Below are positions 40,596 through 50,304 of a DNA stretch of 56,423 bases, piece after piece (within the stretch, counting starts at the first letter, position 1; the number at the start of each line of letters is the position of its first letter). The stretch spans positions 1-56,423 of the forward strand of contig CANQGW010000006.1 in assembly GCA_947623555.1 (NCBI GenBank), written 5' to 3'. The notes beneath the pieces are model-generated. The model was given only the letters and a program-made list of their open reading frames with translations. It made no database searches and was not told the DNA's origin. Source of the stretch: an uncultured Clostridia bacterium (GTDB lineage: Bacteria > Bacillota > Clostridia > TANB77 > CAG-508). The position numbers were made by a program, and so were the translations under genes.

Positions 40596-41795
40596 TTAGT
40601 TTTTTTCATCTATTTCTAATATTTCGTCGCCTTTTTTAAGTACCCTTGGCACCCAATTATTTAGCATGCAAGAGCCTTCGTATATGCTTGTACCCATATA
40701 CCTTGCTACTTCTCTCATTGGTATTTCATTACCTATTAATGTTACTTTATCATGAACATGCACTGTTTCATCTACTTTTGCAATAACCATTCCCATATTA
40801 ATTTCGCCAATTAATGAATACCTTTTATTATTTATTACTATTTGCCTTCCTTTGTTTCTTTTACTAAATCCATCAGCATAGCCAATTGGAATAATTGCTA
40901 CATACATATCTTCTTGTGCCTCATAAACTCTACCATATCCTACAAAACTTCCTTTTTTTATTTTCTTTACTTGCATTACCTCACTATATAGAGAAAATGC
41001 TGTTTTTAGGTCAATATTAACATCTGTAATAGTTTCGCTAATATTATTTTTCTTATGATAATAGTTTCTTTTAACCTTTCTTAAGTAGTTTAAAAATCCC
41101 TTTGGTAATGGTTTTGGAGTGGTATTATAACCATATAGTATTATTCCTAAACGAATACCATTGCTATATGGTATTTTTTTATGGTTAAGAAGTGTCTGGC
41201 TTCTTCCTAAATGAACTATTGGAATTTGGGCAAGATCAATTTCAGAAGTTAATTCTTCAAATTTAGAAAGCTGATTATCCCAAGACTTATCATATATGCC
41301 ATCTGTTGCAAAATGCGTAAAAATTCCCTCTAAAATGATATTATCCTTTTTTCTTAACCCTTCTACTACTTCTTTTACTAAAAGCCCATCACATAAGCCT
41401 AATCTGCAAAGTCCAGAATCTATTTTTATATGAACTTTTAATGGATTTTTAAGTTCTTGCTTCATTAGTTCTTTATAATATTCGTAGTCATGAACTGTAA
41501 TAGTTATATTATTTTCTATACATTCTTTTAAATATTTTATATCAATTGGCTCTAGGCATAAAATAGGCGTAGTTATACCATCTTTTCTTAAGCTTATGCC
41601 CTCTTCTAATGAAGAAATAGCTAAATAATTTATACCACTTTCTACTAAATATTTGGCTATTTTATCACTATGTCCATAAGCATTTCCTTTTACTATTCCA
41701 AAGTAATATTTATAGTCAGGATATTTTTTTATAATTTCTTTTACGTTATGTTGCAAATTATCTATATTTATTTCTATATAAGTATTTCTATACAT
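40596..41795 (-). CDS. alr: PLP-dependent alanine-racemase-family enzyme
   Basis: VKGNAYGH, HIKIDSG..RLG, GIFTHFA, VGYG, PIGYADG. Confidence 0.85.
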   Translation of the reverse strand: MYRNTYIEINIDNLQHNVKEIIKKYPDYKYYFGIVKGNAYGHSDKIAKYLVESGINYLAISSLEEGISLRKDGITTPILCLEPIDIKYLKECIENNITITVHDYEYYKELMKQELKNPLKVHIKIDSGLCRLGLCDGLLVKEVVEGLRKKDNIILEGIFTHFATDGIYDKSWDNQLSKFEELTSEIDLAQIPIVHLGRSQTLLNHKKIPYSNGIRLGIILYGYNTTPKPLPKGFLNYLRKVKRNYYHKKNNISETITDVNIDLKTAFSLYSEVMQVKKIKKGSFVGYGRVYEAQEDMYVAIIPIGYADGFSKRNKGRQIVINNKRYSLIGEINMGMVIAKVDETVHVHDKVTLIGNEIPMREVARYMGTSIYEGSCMLNNWVPRVLKKGDEILEIDEKN

Positions 41796-41958
41796 TTTCT
41801 TCCCTCTTTTTTATTTTTTCTTATTATATCATAATATTATATAATTTCTAGTTTTTTACAAAAAAAGTAGGAAGTATTATTTAAAAATAACTATACCACC
41901 TAAAAAGCAAAAAAAATTTTCTTTAAGTTTTAACTTAAAGAAAATTTTCTTAATTATT

Positions 41959-42840
41959 TTATCCATTCATTTGTTTTGCAACTTCTTCTGCAAAATTTTC
42001 TTCTCTTTTTTCTAGTCCTTCGCCTTTTTCAAATCTTGCAAACTTAATAATTTTTGCTCCTTTACTTTCTACTAGTTTACCAACTTTTTGATCAGGGTCT
42101 TTTACAAAGTCTTGTTCTACTAAACAAATTTCTCCATAGAATTTTCCAATTCTACCTTGTACTATTTTTTCAGCTACTGCTTCTGGTTTTCCTTCATTTA
42201 CAGCTTGTGCTTTTAAAATTTCCATTTCATGTTCTACTTTGTCTTGTGGAACTGATTCTCTATCTAAATATTCTGGTCTTGCTGCTGCTATTTGCATACA
42301 TACATCTTTTGCAAGCTCTTGGCTTCCACCTTGTAATTCAACTAAAACGCCTATTTTTCCATCTCCATGAATATAGCTTTCTATTAAACCAGTGGTTTCA
42401 AATCTTTCAAATCTACGAATTGACATATTTTCGCCAATTGTTGCAATTTTATTTGTTAATACATCTTGCACTGTTTTATCTGGTTCTATAATAGAAGGTT
42501 GGTTAAGTAATTCTTCAACTGTTGCTGGGTTTTTAAGTGCTACTTGTTTAGCAACATCTAAAACAAAACTTCTAAACTCTTCATTTTTAGCTACGAAATC
42601 TGTTTCAGCATTTACTTCTACTACAACACCTAATTTATGGTCATCTGATACATAAGTTGCAACTAAACCTTCAGCTGCAATTCTATCTGACTTTTTAGCA
42701 GCTTTTGCAATACCTCTTTCACGTAATAATTCAATTGCTCTTTCTTCATCTCCATCTGTTTCGGTTAATACTTTTTTGCAGTCCATCATTCCTGCACCTG
42801 TTTTTTCTCTTAACATTTTTACTTGTTCAGCAGTAATCAT
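41959..42840 (-). CDS. tsf: Elongation factor Ts
   Basis: LREKTGAGMMDCKK, ETDFVAKN. Confidence 0.99.
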   Translation of the reverse strand: MITAEQVKMLREKTGAGMMDCKKVLTETDGDEERAIELLRERGIAKAAKKSDRIAAEGLVATYVSDDHKLGVVVEVNAETDFVAKNEEFRSFVLDVAKQVALKNPATVEELLNQPSIIEPDKTVQDVLTNKIATIGENMSIRRFERFETTGLIESYIHGDGKIGVLVELQGGSQELAKDVCMQIAAARPEYLDRESVPQDKVEHEMEILKAQAVNEGKPEAVAEKIVQGRIGKFYGEICLVEQDFVKDPDQKVGKLVESKGAKIIKFARFEKGEGLEKREENFAEEVAKQMNG

Positions 42841-42920
42841 AAAAAAATCCTCCTTATTTTTTTAAAGGATGTACTTTTTTTCTTAATAATTAGATAAGGT
42901 ACATCCTTTATTTATATTTA

Positions 42921-43823
42921 TTATTCAGCTGTTTCTTGTGTTTCAGCTTTTTTTCTTGTTCTTTTTGGTTTTTCTACTACTTCTTCTTGTTCTTCTTCTA
43001 CATTTGTTGCATCTTCTTTAGGCTCTTCTACAGCTACAGTTTCTTCTTCAGGTTGTGGCTCTTCTTGTGCAACCTCTTCCATATCTTTTACTTCTTCTAC
43101 TGGCTCTTGTACCATATCTTCTTGAGCTACATCCATAGACTCTCCTTGTCTACCCTCAATAACTGCATTTGCCATACAGTCTGCAATTAATTTAACTGCA
43201 CGAATTGCATCATCATTTCCTGGAATAGCATAGTCTACATCTTCAGGGTTACAGTTTGTATCTACTAAACCAATAACTGGAATTCCTAGTTTTTTAGCTT
43301 CTAAAATTCCTATTCTTTCTTTTTTAGGATCAACTATAAACATAACACCTGGTAAACTGTCCATATTTTTAATTCCACCAAGATTTTTTTCTAGTTTTTC
43401 CATTTCTTTCTTTAAAAGAATAACCTCTTTTTTAGGTAATACATCAAATGTACCATCTGATTGCATTGTTTCTAATTGAGTTAATCTGTTAATTCTTGTT
43501 CTAATTGTTTCAAAGTTTGTTAATGTACCACCTAACCATCTTTGGTTAACATAGTACATACCGCATTTTTCTGCAGCCTCTTTAACACATTCTTGTGCTT
43601 GTTTTTTTGTTCCTACAAATAGAACTGTTTTTCCTTCTTCTGCTTGTTCTTTTAGAAAAGCATAAGCTTCATCTAATTTTTTAGATGTTTTTTGTAAGTC
43701 GATGATATGAATTCCGTTTCTAGCTTGAAATATATATTCAGCCATTTTTGGATCCCATCTTCTTGTTTGATGTCCAAAATGAACACCTGCTTCTAGTAAT
43801 TGTTTCATTGCAACTACTGCCAT
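42921..43823 (-). CDS. rpsB: 30S ribosomal protein S2 with acidic C-terminal extension
   Basis: [34 protein letters not shown]. Confidence 0.99.
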   Translation of the reverse strand: MAVVAMKQLLEAGVHFGHQTRRWDPKMAEYIFQARNGIHIIDLQKTSKKLDEAYAFLKEQAEEGKTVLFVGTKKQAQECVKEAAEKCGMYYVNQRWLGGTLTNFETIRTRINRLTQLETMQSDGTFDVLPKKEVILLKKEMEKLEKNLGGIKNMDSLPGVMFIVDPKKERIGILEAKKLGIPVIGLVDTNCNPEDVDYAIPGNDDAIRAVKLIADCMANAVIEGRQGESMDVAQEDMVQEPVEEVKDMEEVAQEEPQPEEETVAVEEPKEDATNVEEEQEEVVEKPKRTRKKAETQETAE

Positions 43824-43837
43824 AATTTAATTCCTCC

Positions 43838-43924
43838 TTTTAGTTATTCCTCCACATTGCTTACTAACATATAAAAAAACTTGATATTTCAAGCACTATT
43901 TTTATACTTGCAATATGTGTGTAT
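43838..43924 (-). promoter_or_regulatory. rpsB (S2) autoregulatory leader
   Basis: ACACACATATTGC...GCAATGTGGAGG pairing in the 5' UTR, typical of S2 leaders. Confidence 0.6.
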
Positions 43925-44004
43925 TTTCATAACGAGAACTATTATATCACAAAAAGTGTTGCAAATGCAACACTTTTTTGAATTTTATTAATAATAGTTA
44001 GTTT

Positions 44005-44553
44005 TTAAGCAAAATATCTTTTAAGTAAACCATCAAATCCTCTTCCATGACGTGCTTCATCTTTGCACATTTCATGAACTGTATCATGAATTGCATCATA
44101 TCCTAATTCTTTTGCTCTTGTTGCAAGTTCTTTTTTACCCATGCAAGCGCCATGTTCTGCCATTGCCCTTAAAGATACATTCTTTTTGGTGTCTGGATAA
44201 ACTACTTCTCCTAGTAGTTCAGCAAATTTAGCAGCATGTTCTGCTTCTTCAAAAGCATATCTTTTAAATGCTTCTGCAATTTCTGGGTAGCCTTCTCTAT
44301 CTGCCTGTCTGCTCATTGCTAGGTACATACCTACCTCTGTACATTCTCCTGTAAAATTTTCTCTTAAACCTTTTACTACTTCTTCATCTAAACCTTGAGC
44401 TACGCCAATTACATGTTCATCAGCATAACTTTTTTTATCTTCATCTTCTTTTAATTCAAATTTATCTTTTGGTGCACCGCATTGTGGGCATTTTTCAGGT
44501 GCTTCTTCTCCAAAATGGATATATCCACATACTTTACATACATAAGCTTTCAT
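44005..44553 (-). CDS. Reverse rubrerythrin (N-terminal rubredoxin + ferritin-like domain)
   Basis: CKVCGY...CPQC; [19 protein letters not shown]. Confidence 0.92.
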   Translation of the reverse strand: MKAYVCKVCGYIHFGEEAPEKCPQCGAPKDKFELKEDEDKKSYADEHVIGVAQGLDEEVVKGLRENFTGECTEVGMYLAMSRQADREGYPEIAEAFKRYAFEEAEHAAKFAELLGEVVYPDTKKNVSLRAMAEHGACMGKKELATRAKELGYDAIHDTVHEMCKDEARHGRGFDGLLKRYFA

Positions 44554-44722
44554 AATAATTTCCTCCTATTTTTTAAATTTTACTAATGATTATAATAAAA
44601 TATTTTTTCAAAAAAAGCAATTGTTTTTATTTAAAAAATTTTTTTATTTTTTTATCTTTTTTTGTATCATTTTGTCTTATTATATGATATACTTCTTGTT
44701 GTGTAAAAAATTTTAGGAGGTT

Positions 44723-44986
44723 ATGGTTTTTATGAATTTTAATAAATGTTGCCGTTGTGGAGCTTTTTTCCTATCTGAAAGTGCAGTGTGCCCAAATTGC
44801 AAGCAAAAAGATGAACTAGAAATTAACCGTTTAAAAAATTACATAGAAGAAACAAATTATACTAACTATGATATAAGTCAAATTGTTGCCTCTACTGGAA
44901 TCTCAAATAAAAACTTAAACCGCTTTTTAATGCAAGAACAGTTTGCTGATTTTGCAAATCAAATACAAAAAACAAAACTTGACTAA
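44723..44986 (+). CDS. Zn-ribbon + HTH small protein (YvyF-like)
   Basis: C.RCG...VCPNC then LKNYI...I...TGIS; AGGAGG RBS. Confidence 0.65.
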   Translation: MVFMNFNKCCRCGAFFLSESAVCPNCKQKDELEINRLKNYIEETNYTNYDISQIVASTGISNKNLNRFLMQEQFADFANQIQKTKLD

Positions 44987-45031
44987 ATTAAAGTCAAGCT
45001 TTATTTTTATTTAACAAAATATAACCATGTT

Positions 45032-46330
45032 TTATATTATTTTTAAAATATTATTTTTTGCGTTTACTATTTCTTGCTTTATTTCATAAACCTCTTTTAA
45101 AGCCTTTGCTTCATCATTTCCTATTTTTTCATCATTTGCATAAATATATGCTAATACATCATTTTCTTGTACTTTATCTCCTATTTTCTTTTCTAAAATT
45201 ACACCTACTGTTTGATCTATAATATCTTCCTTTTTTATTCTGCCTGCACCTAGCCTCATTGATATTTCTCCAACTTTTCTTGCATCTAATGATGTTACAT
45301 ACCCTTGTGTATCTGCCTTTACTTCAATTATGTATTTTGCCCTTTGGCAATTTTCCTTATTTTCTAAATAGCTAATATCTCCACCTTGGGACTTGATCCA
45401 TAACTTAAATTTTTGATATGCCTTGCCAGATTTTACGCTCTCTAAAATATTTTGTTTATTTACATTTATATCATCACCTTTTTTAGCTAATTTTAGCATA
45501 TATGCACCAAGTTCTAATATTACCTGCTTTACATCTTCATTCATATTACCCTTTAAAAATTCTAGTGCTTCTATAACCTCTAAATAATTTCCTACAGCTT
45601 TTCCTAATGGCTCTTCCATATTTGTAATAATACATATAGTTTCTTTATTAGCTAGTGTTCCTATCTTCTTCATCATTTGTGCTAAATTTATTGCCTCATC
45701 AATATTTTTCATAAATGCTCCGCTTCCACAAGTTACATCTAAAACAATTTTATTAGCACCTGCTGCAATTTTTTTACTCATAATACTAGAGCTAATTAAT
45801 GGTATACTTTCTGTTGCAGAAATTGAGTCTCTTAAGGCATATATTTTTTTATCTGCTGGGTCTAAATTTAATGTTTGACCCATTACACAAATTCCATTTT
45901 CTTTTACATTTTTTATAAATTGTTCTACACTTAAATTTGTTTTATAACCTGGTATTGACTCTAATTTATCAATTGTTCCACCTGTATAGCCTAGACCTCT
46001 ACCTGACATTTTTGCAACTGGAACGCCAAATGATGCTATAATTGGTGCTAAAATTAATGTTACTTTATCTCCTATTCCACCTGTTGAATGTTTATCTACA
46101 ACTATTCCTAATTCTGATAAATCCAAAATATCTCCAGAGTGTGCCATGGCTAAAGTTAAGTTCGTTGTTTCAGTTTCTGTCATACCATTTAAATAAATTG
46201 CCATTACTAAAGCTGCTGCTTGGTAGTCTAATATGTTTCCATTTGTATAATTTGTAATAAAATATTCAATTTCTTCTTTTGAAAGCTCTTGTTTATCCCT
46301 TTTTTTGGCAATTATATCTTGTATATTCAT
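45032..46330 (-). CDS. pdp: Pyrimidine-nucleoside (thymidine) phosphorylase
   Basis: DKHSTGG.GDK, KMSGRGLG.TGGT.DKLESIPG, SIMSKK. Confidence 0.96.
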   Translation of the reverse strand: MNIQDIIAKKRDKQELSKEEIEYFITNYTNGNILDYQAAALVMAIYLNGMTETETTNLTLAMAHSGDILDLSELGIVVDKHSTGGIGDKVTLILAPIIASFGVPVAKMSGRGLGYTGGTIDKLESIPGYKTNLSVEQFIKNVKENGICVMGQTLNLDPADKKIYALRDSISATESIPLISSSIMSKKIAAGANKIVLDVTCGSGAFMKNIDEAINLAQMMKKIGTLANKETICIITNMEEPLGKAVGNYLEVIEALEFLKGNMNEDVKQVILELGAYMLKLAKKGDDINVNKQNILESVKSGKAYQKFKLWIKSQGGDISYLENKENCQRAKYIIEVKADTQGYVTSLDARKVGEISMRLGAGRIKKEDIIDQTVGVILEKKIGDKVQENDVLAYIYANDEKIGNDEAKALKEVYEIKQEIVNAKNNILKII

Positions 46331-46340
46331 ATATATTCCT

Positions 46341-46991
46341 CTATATAAAATTTTTTATAAAACTTTTTCTATGTAATGGGCATGGTCCATATTCTTTAAG
46401 TGCTTTTATGTGCATACTTGTTCCATAACCTTTATGCTTAATAAATCCATATTGTGGGTAAATTTCATCCATTTGCCTCATTATTCTATCCCTTGTAACC
46501 TTTGCTATAATTGATGCACATGCAATAGAATAACTAATAGCATCTCCGTGAATAATAGATTTATATGGAATATTGTCTGTATTTATATTAGTAAGTGCAT
46601 CTACTAATATTACATCTGGTTTATTTAAATTTTTTTGTTCTAACATTTTTTCTGCTTCTTTTATTGCAATTGTTAAGCCCTTTTTAGTTGCTTGAAGAAT
46701 GTTAATTTCATCTATTTCAGTTTGGCTAATAATTCCCACTCCATAGGCAATTGCCTCATTTGTAATTAATTCATATAAAGTTTCTCTCTTTTTTTCTGAT
46801 ACTTTTTTAGAATCATTAACTCCTTCTATCATAGAAGCTTGCGGCATTATAGCACATGCTACTACCACAGGGCCTGCTAGTGGCCCTCTTCCTGCTTCAT
46901 CTATTCCTGCAATAAGTTTTAAACCTTTTTTATAAAATGCTTCTTCTTCTTTTTTTAAGTTTGTTAATCTTTCTAATTCTTTTTCTTTCAT
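46341..46991 (-). CDS. rnhB: Ribonuclease HII
   Basis: GIDEAGRGPLAGPV, DSKK, ASIIAKVTRD, HKGYGT. Confidence 0.97.
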   Translation of the reverse strand: MKEKELERLTNLKKEEEAFYKKGLKLIAGIDEAGRGPLAGPVVVACAIMPQASMIEGVNDSKKVSEKKRETLYELITNEAIAYGVGIISQTEIDEINILQATKKGLTIAIKEAEKMLEQKNLNKPDVILVDALTNINTDNIPYKSIIHGDAISYSIACASIIAKVTRDRIMRQMDEIYPQYGFIKHKGYGTSMHIKALKEYGPCPLHRKSFIKNFI

Positions 46992-47005
46992 TGTTACACC
47001 ATTTT

Positions 47006-47497
47006 CTATTTAACATTTTCTATGTCTAACTCTTCTATTTCAGATAGTTTGTAATAAGTATTTCCATCAGAATATGTAAAACCTTTTATATAGTAAACCT
47101 CTTTTGTGGTATATTCTACAATATAGTAATTTCCTTCTTCTAATATTATTTTATTTAAACCTAATTCTGATAAATTGTCATTGTTTAACACATAATATTG
47201 TTTTCCCTTTTCATTTGCATCTATAATGCTTTTTTCTAAAAATTGTTTTATAGTTTCATCTTCTTGCATTTCTGATAATTTTATTCCTTTTAACACATCA
47301 TCTTTCTTATTTAAAGTATATTCTCCTTCAATTGTTGAAACTTTTGCTTGTATTAAAAGCATATCAGTTTTTAAATCTTGCAAGCTTTCTTTTGCCATTT
47401 GTAATCTAGCATAATACACAAACGCAAAAACTAATGTTGCAATTACTATAACTAATATAGCAGTGGTTACTAGTGTCATTCCTTTTTCGCTTTTCAT
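47006..47497 (-). CDS. Pilin-like protein with class III signal peptide
   Basis: MKSEKG|MTLV followed by a hydrophobic helix; lacks the usual Glu+5. Confidence 0.55.
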   Translation of the reverse strand: MKSEKGMTLVTTAILVIVIATLVFAFVYYARLQMAKESLQDLKTDMLLIQAKVSTIEGEYTLNKKDDVLKGIKLSEMQEDETIKQFLEKSIIDANEKGKQYYVLNNDNLSELGLNKIILEEGNYYIVEYTTKEVYYIKGFTYSDGNTYYKLSEIEELDIENVK

Positions 47498-47771
47498 ATT
47501 TTTATATTCGCATAAAATATGCAAATTTCTCCTTTCTAAATTATGATATGAATTATTGTTGGTTTTATTCTTATGTTTATAACCATCATTAATATATCAT
47601 AAATTTTAAAAATATTCAATTTTTTTAAATTTACTAATAAAGTTAGCTTTTTAAGGTAGAATCTATTACAAATTCATAGAAAAATACAAAATCTTCACAT
47701 TTTTTTCACAAAACTATTGTATCATATAATTGTTTTAGGATATTATAATAATAACTTGGAGGTAGAAAATT

Positions 47772-49061
47772 ATGGAAGATAATCAGTCAAATGAAAATGA
47801 ACAAACAAATTCAAATTTTACAAATGTAAACCCAACTACTGTGCAGTCATCATACAGAGCATTTTATAACAGTGAAAAAAATCAAAAGCAAAAAGGCAGT
47901 TTTGGTTTTGGTAAATCTGTTTTGCTTCCATTTGTATGTGGAGCATTAGGAGCAACAATTGTTATAGGAACCTGTTTTGCAGTTCCTGGTATTAAAAATA
48001 CTATAAAAAATCAATTTCTAACTAGTTCGTCTAGCAGTGAAACTAATAATAATAATGTTCTTGATTTAAATACACAGTCAATTTCTTTGCAGGGCTATTC
48101 TGAAACAGCCATGGGAGTAGCTAAAAAAGTTCAACCTTCTATTGTAGCAATTACTGTAGAATATTCAGTTAATTCTATTTTTAATATGGGTAAAGGTGCA
48201 ACTGCAACAGCTAAAGGTTCTGGTATTATTATTAGTGAAGATGGTTATATTTTAACTAATAATCATGTTGTTAATTCATCAAGCTCAAGTTCTAGCTCTT
48301 TTTATGAAATAGAAGAAGCAAATAAAGTTACTGTAAAATTATATAATGATGATAACGAATATGAAGCTAAAATTATTGGAACAGATAGTCAAACTGATTT
48401 AGCAGTTATTAAAATTGAAAAAGATGGTTTAACAGCTGCAGAACTTGGTGACTCTAGCTCTGTACAAGTAGGCGAATTTGCAATGGCTATTGGTAGCCCA
48501 TTAGGTTTAGATAATAGTGTAACAGCTGGAATTGTTAGTGCAGTAAATAGAGAAGTTAGTGACAATGAAGGAAATAAATATGTTTCTATACAAACAGATG
48601 CTGCTATTAACTCTGGTAACAGTGGTGGTGCTTTAGTAAATAGCAAAGGTCAAGTAATTGGAGTTAACACTTTAAAACTTTCTGGAACTGGTGTAGAAGG
48701 CGTTGGTTTTGCAATTCCCATTAACTCTACAAAAGAAATTTATGAACAATTAATTGAATATAACAAAGTAAAAAGACCATATATAGGAATTAGTGGCAGA
48801 GATTTAGATGAAGCTCTAGCAAAAGCAAACAATTTAGTAGTTGGCGTTTATATCTTAAGTATTGAAGATTTTTCATCTGCTGAAAAGGCTGGCTTAAAAA
48901 TAGGAGATGTTATTACTGAAGCTGATGGAACTAAAATATCTACAATAGATGAGTTAAACGAAATAAAAAATAAAAAACAAATTGGTGATACCATTAAATT
49001 AAAAATTTATCGTGACGGAAAAGAAAAAGAAATTTCCCTTACATTACAAGAACAACCATAA
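47772..49061 (+). CDS. htrA: HtrA/DegP serine protease with PDZ domain
   Basis: LTNNHVV, DLAVIK, TDAAINSGNSGGAL; C-terminal PDZ. Confidence 0.95.
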   Translation: MEDNQSNENEQTNSNFTNVNPTTVQSSYRAFYNSEKNQKQKGSFGFGKSVLLPFVCGALGATIVIGTCFAVPGIKNTIKNQFLTSSSSSETNNNNVLDLNTQSISLQGYSETAMGVAKKVQPSIVAITVEYSVNSIFNMGKGATATAKGSGIIISEDGYILTNNHVVNSSSSSSSSFYEIEEANKVTVKLYNDDNEYEAKIIGTDSQTDLAVIKIEKDGLTAAELGDSSSVQVGEFAMAIGSPLGLDNSVTAGIVSAVNREVSDNEGNKYVSIQTDAAINSGNSGGALVNSKGQVIGVNTLKLSGTGVEGVGFAIPINSTKEIYEQLIEYNKVKRPYIGISGRDLDEALAKANNLVVGVYILSIEDFSSAEKAGLKIGDVITEADGTKISTIDELNEIKNKKQIGDTIKLKIYRDGKEKEISLTLQEQP

Positions 49062-49234
49062 GTAAAAAAGTTAATAAAAAAAGTAGCCAATATCAAATGG
49101 CTACTTTTTTTGAAAATAAAAGGGGATGTTTTTCTAATATGTAATCAATAACGGAGTAACTAATTATTGATTACATATATAATATAACAATATAATTTGT
49201 CCTTTTTGTGAACTTACAGTGATAAGTTAGCAAA

Positions 49235-50194
49235 TTAATTATAAATATATTTTTGAGGATTTACCCTGCTTCCATTTACCCTTATTTCAAAATGTAAATG
49301 GTTACCTGTTGAGTTACCAGTAGAACCAACAGCACCTATTATATCCCCAGCTTTTACTGTGTCGCCCTTTTCTACATATAATTTACTACAGTGACCATAA
49401 TAAATTTCTACTCCGTTGCCACTGTTTATAACTATTAAATTTCCGTAACTTCCATTATCACCAGACCATGTAACCGTACCACTTGCAGCTGCTTTAATTT
49501 TAGTACCATAAGGTGCCGCAATGTCTAGCCCTGTATGCGCATGGGAACGTATACTTTCCCTTTCTCCATATCTTGATGTTATTACACCTGTAATTGGTTT
49601 TTGTGCTAAATAAATACCATTTACAGAGGCTGATTTTATTTCTTCTAATTCGTCTGTAACTTCTTTTTTTGCCACATTAGTATTTACTACCTTATATTCG
49701 TCTTTATTTTGTGTATAAAGTTCATTAATTCCAATATTTACGCTAACACTTTTAGCATATTTTTTCTTCATTTCTGTAACTAGCTTTTCTGCCTTATCTA
49801 AAGTGCTTACAATTGCTTTTTGCTTATTATCAATTGTAACAGCATAATATTTATAAGTAATAGTCGTTTTTTCTTGTATTTTATTAAAAACTTCATCTTC
49901 GTTTATTTCCTCTTTTGAAGAAATAAGCGCAAATTCATATTTTGGCTCTGCTACATCTATAAAAGCAACACTTTCTTCTTTTTGGTTATTAATTAATTCT
50001 TTTAATTTATTTTCAAATTCATTTTTATTATTTACATAGCCTAATTGTTCATCTAAAAGGCTAACTTTGCATACTGGTTTATATTTTACAAAAATTATTG
50101 TCATGGCAATAAATAAAGCAATGGCCGTTAAATTCATCAATTTAATTAATTCTTTTGTGTAGTATTTTATTTTTATATTTAAAATAAACTTCAC
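49235..50194 (-). CDS. M23 family metallopeptidase
   Basis: HTGLD, YGH, GNSTGNHLHFE. Confidence 0.92.
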   Translation of the reverse strand: MKFILNIKIKYYTKELIKLMNLTAIALFIAMTIIFVKYKPVCKVSLLDEQLGYVNNKNEFENKLKELINNQKEESVAFIDVAEPKYEFALISSKEEINEDEVFNKIQEKTTITYKYYAVTIDNKQKAIVSTLDKAEKLVTEMKKKYAKSVSVNIGINELYTQNKDEYKVVNTNVAKKEVTDELEEIKSASVNGIYLAQKPITGVITSRYGERESIRSHAHTGLDIAAPYGTKIKAAASGTVTWSGDNGSYGNLIVINSGNGVEIYYGHCSKLYVEKGDTVKAGDIIGAVGSTGNSTGNHLHFEIRVNGSRVNPQKYIYN

Positions 50195-50304
50195 TCTCCT
50201 TTTTGCTACACGACATCTTTAATTATACCATATATTTTGCACAAATGCAAATAAGTTATACTATAAGTAGCAAATTAATAGGAGAAAATTAATAATATTT
50301 AAAA

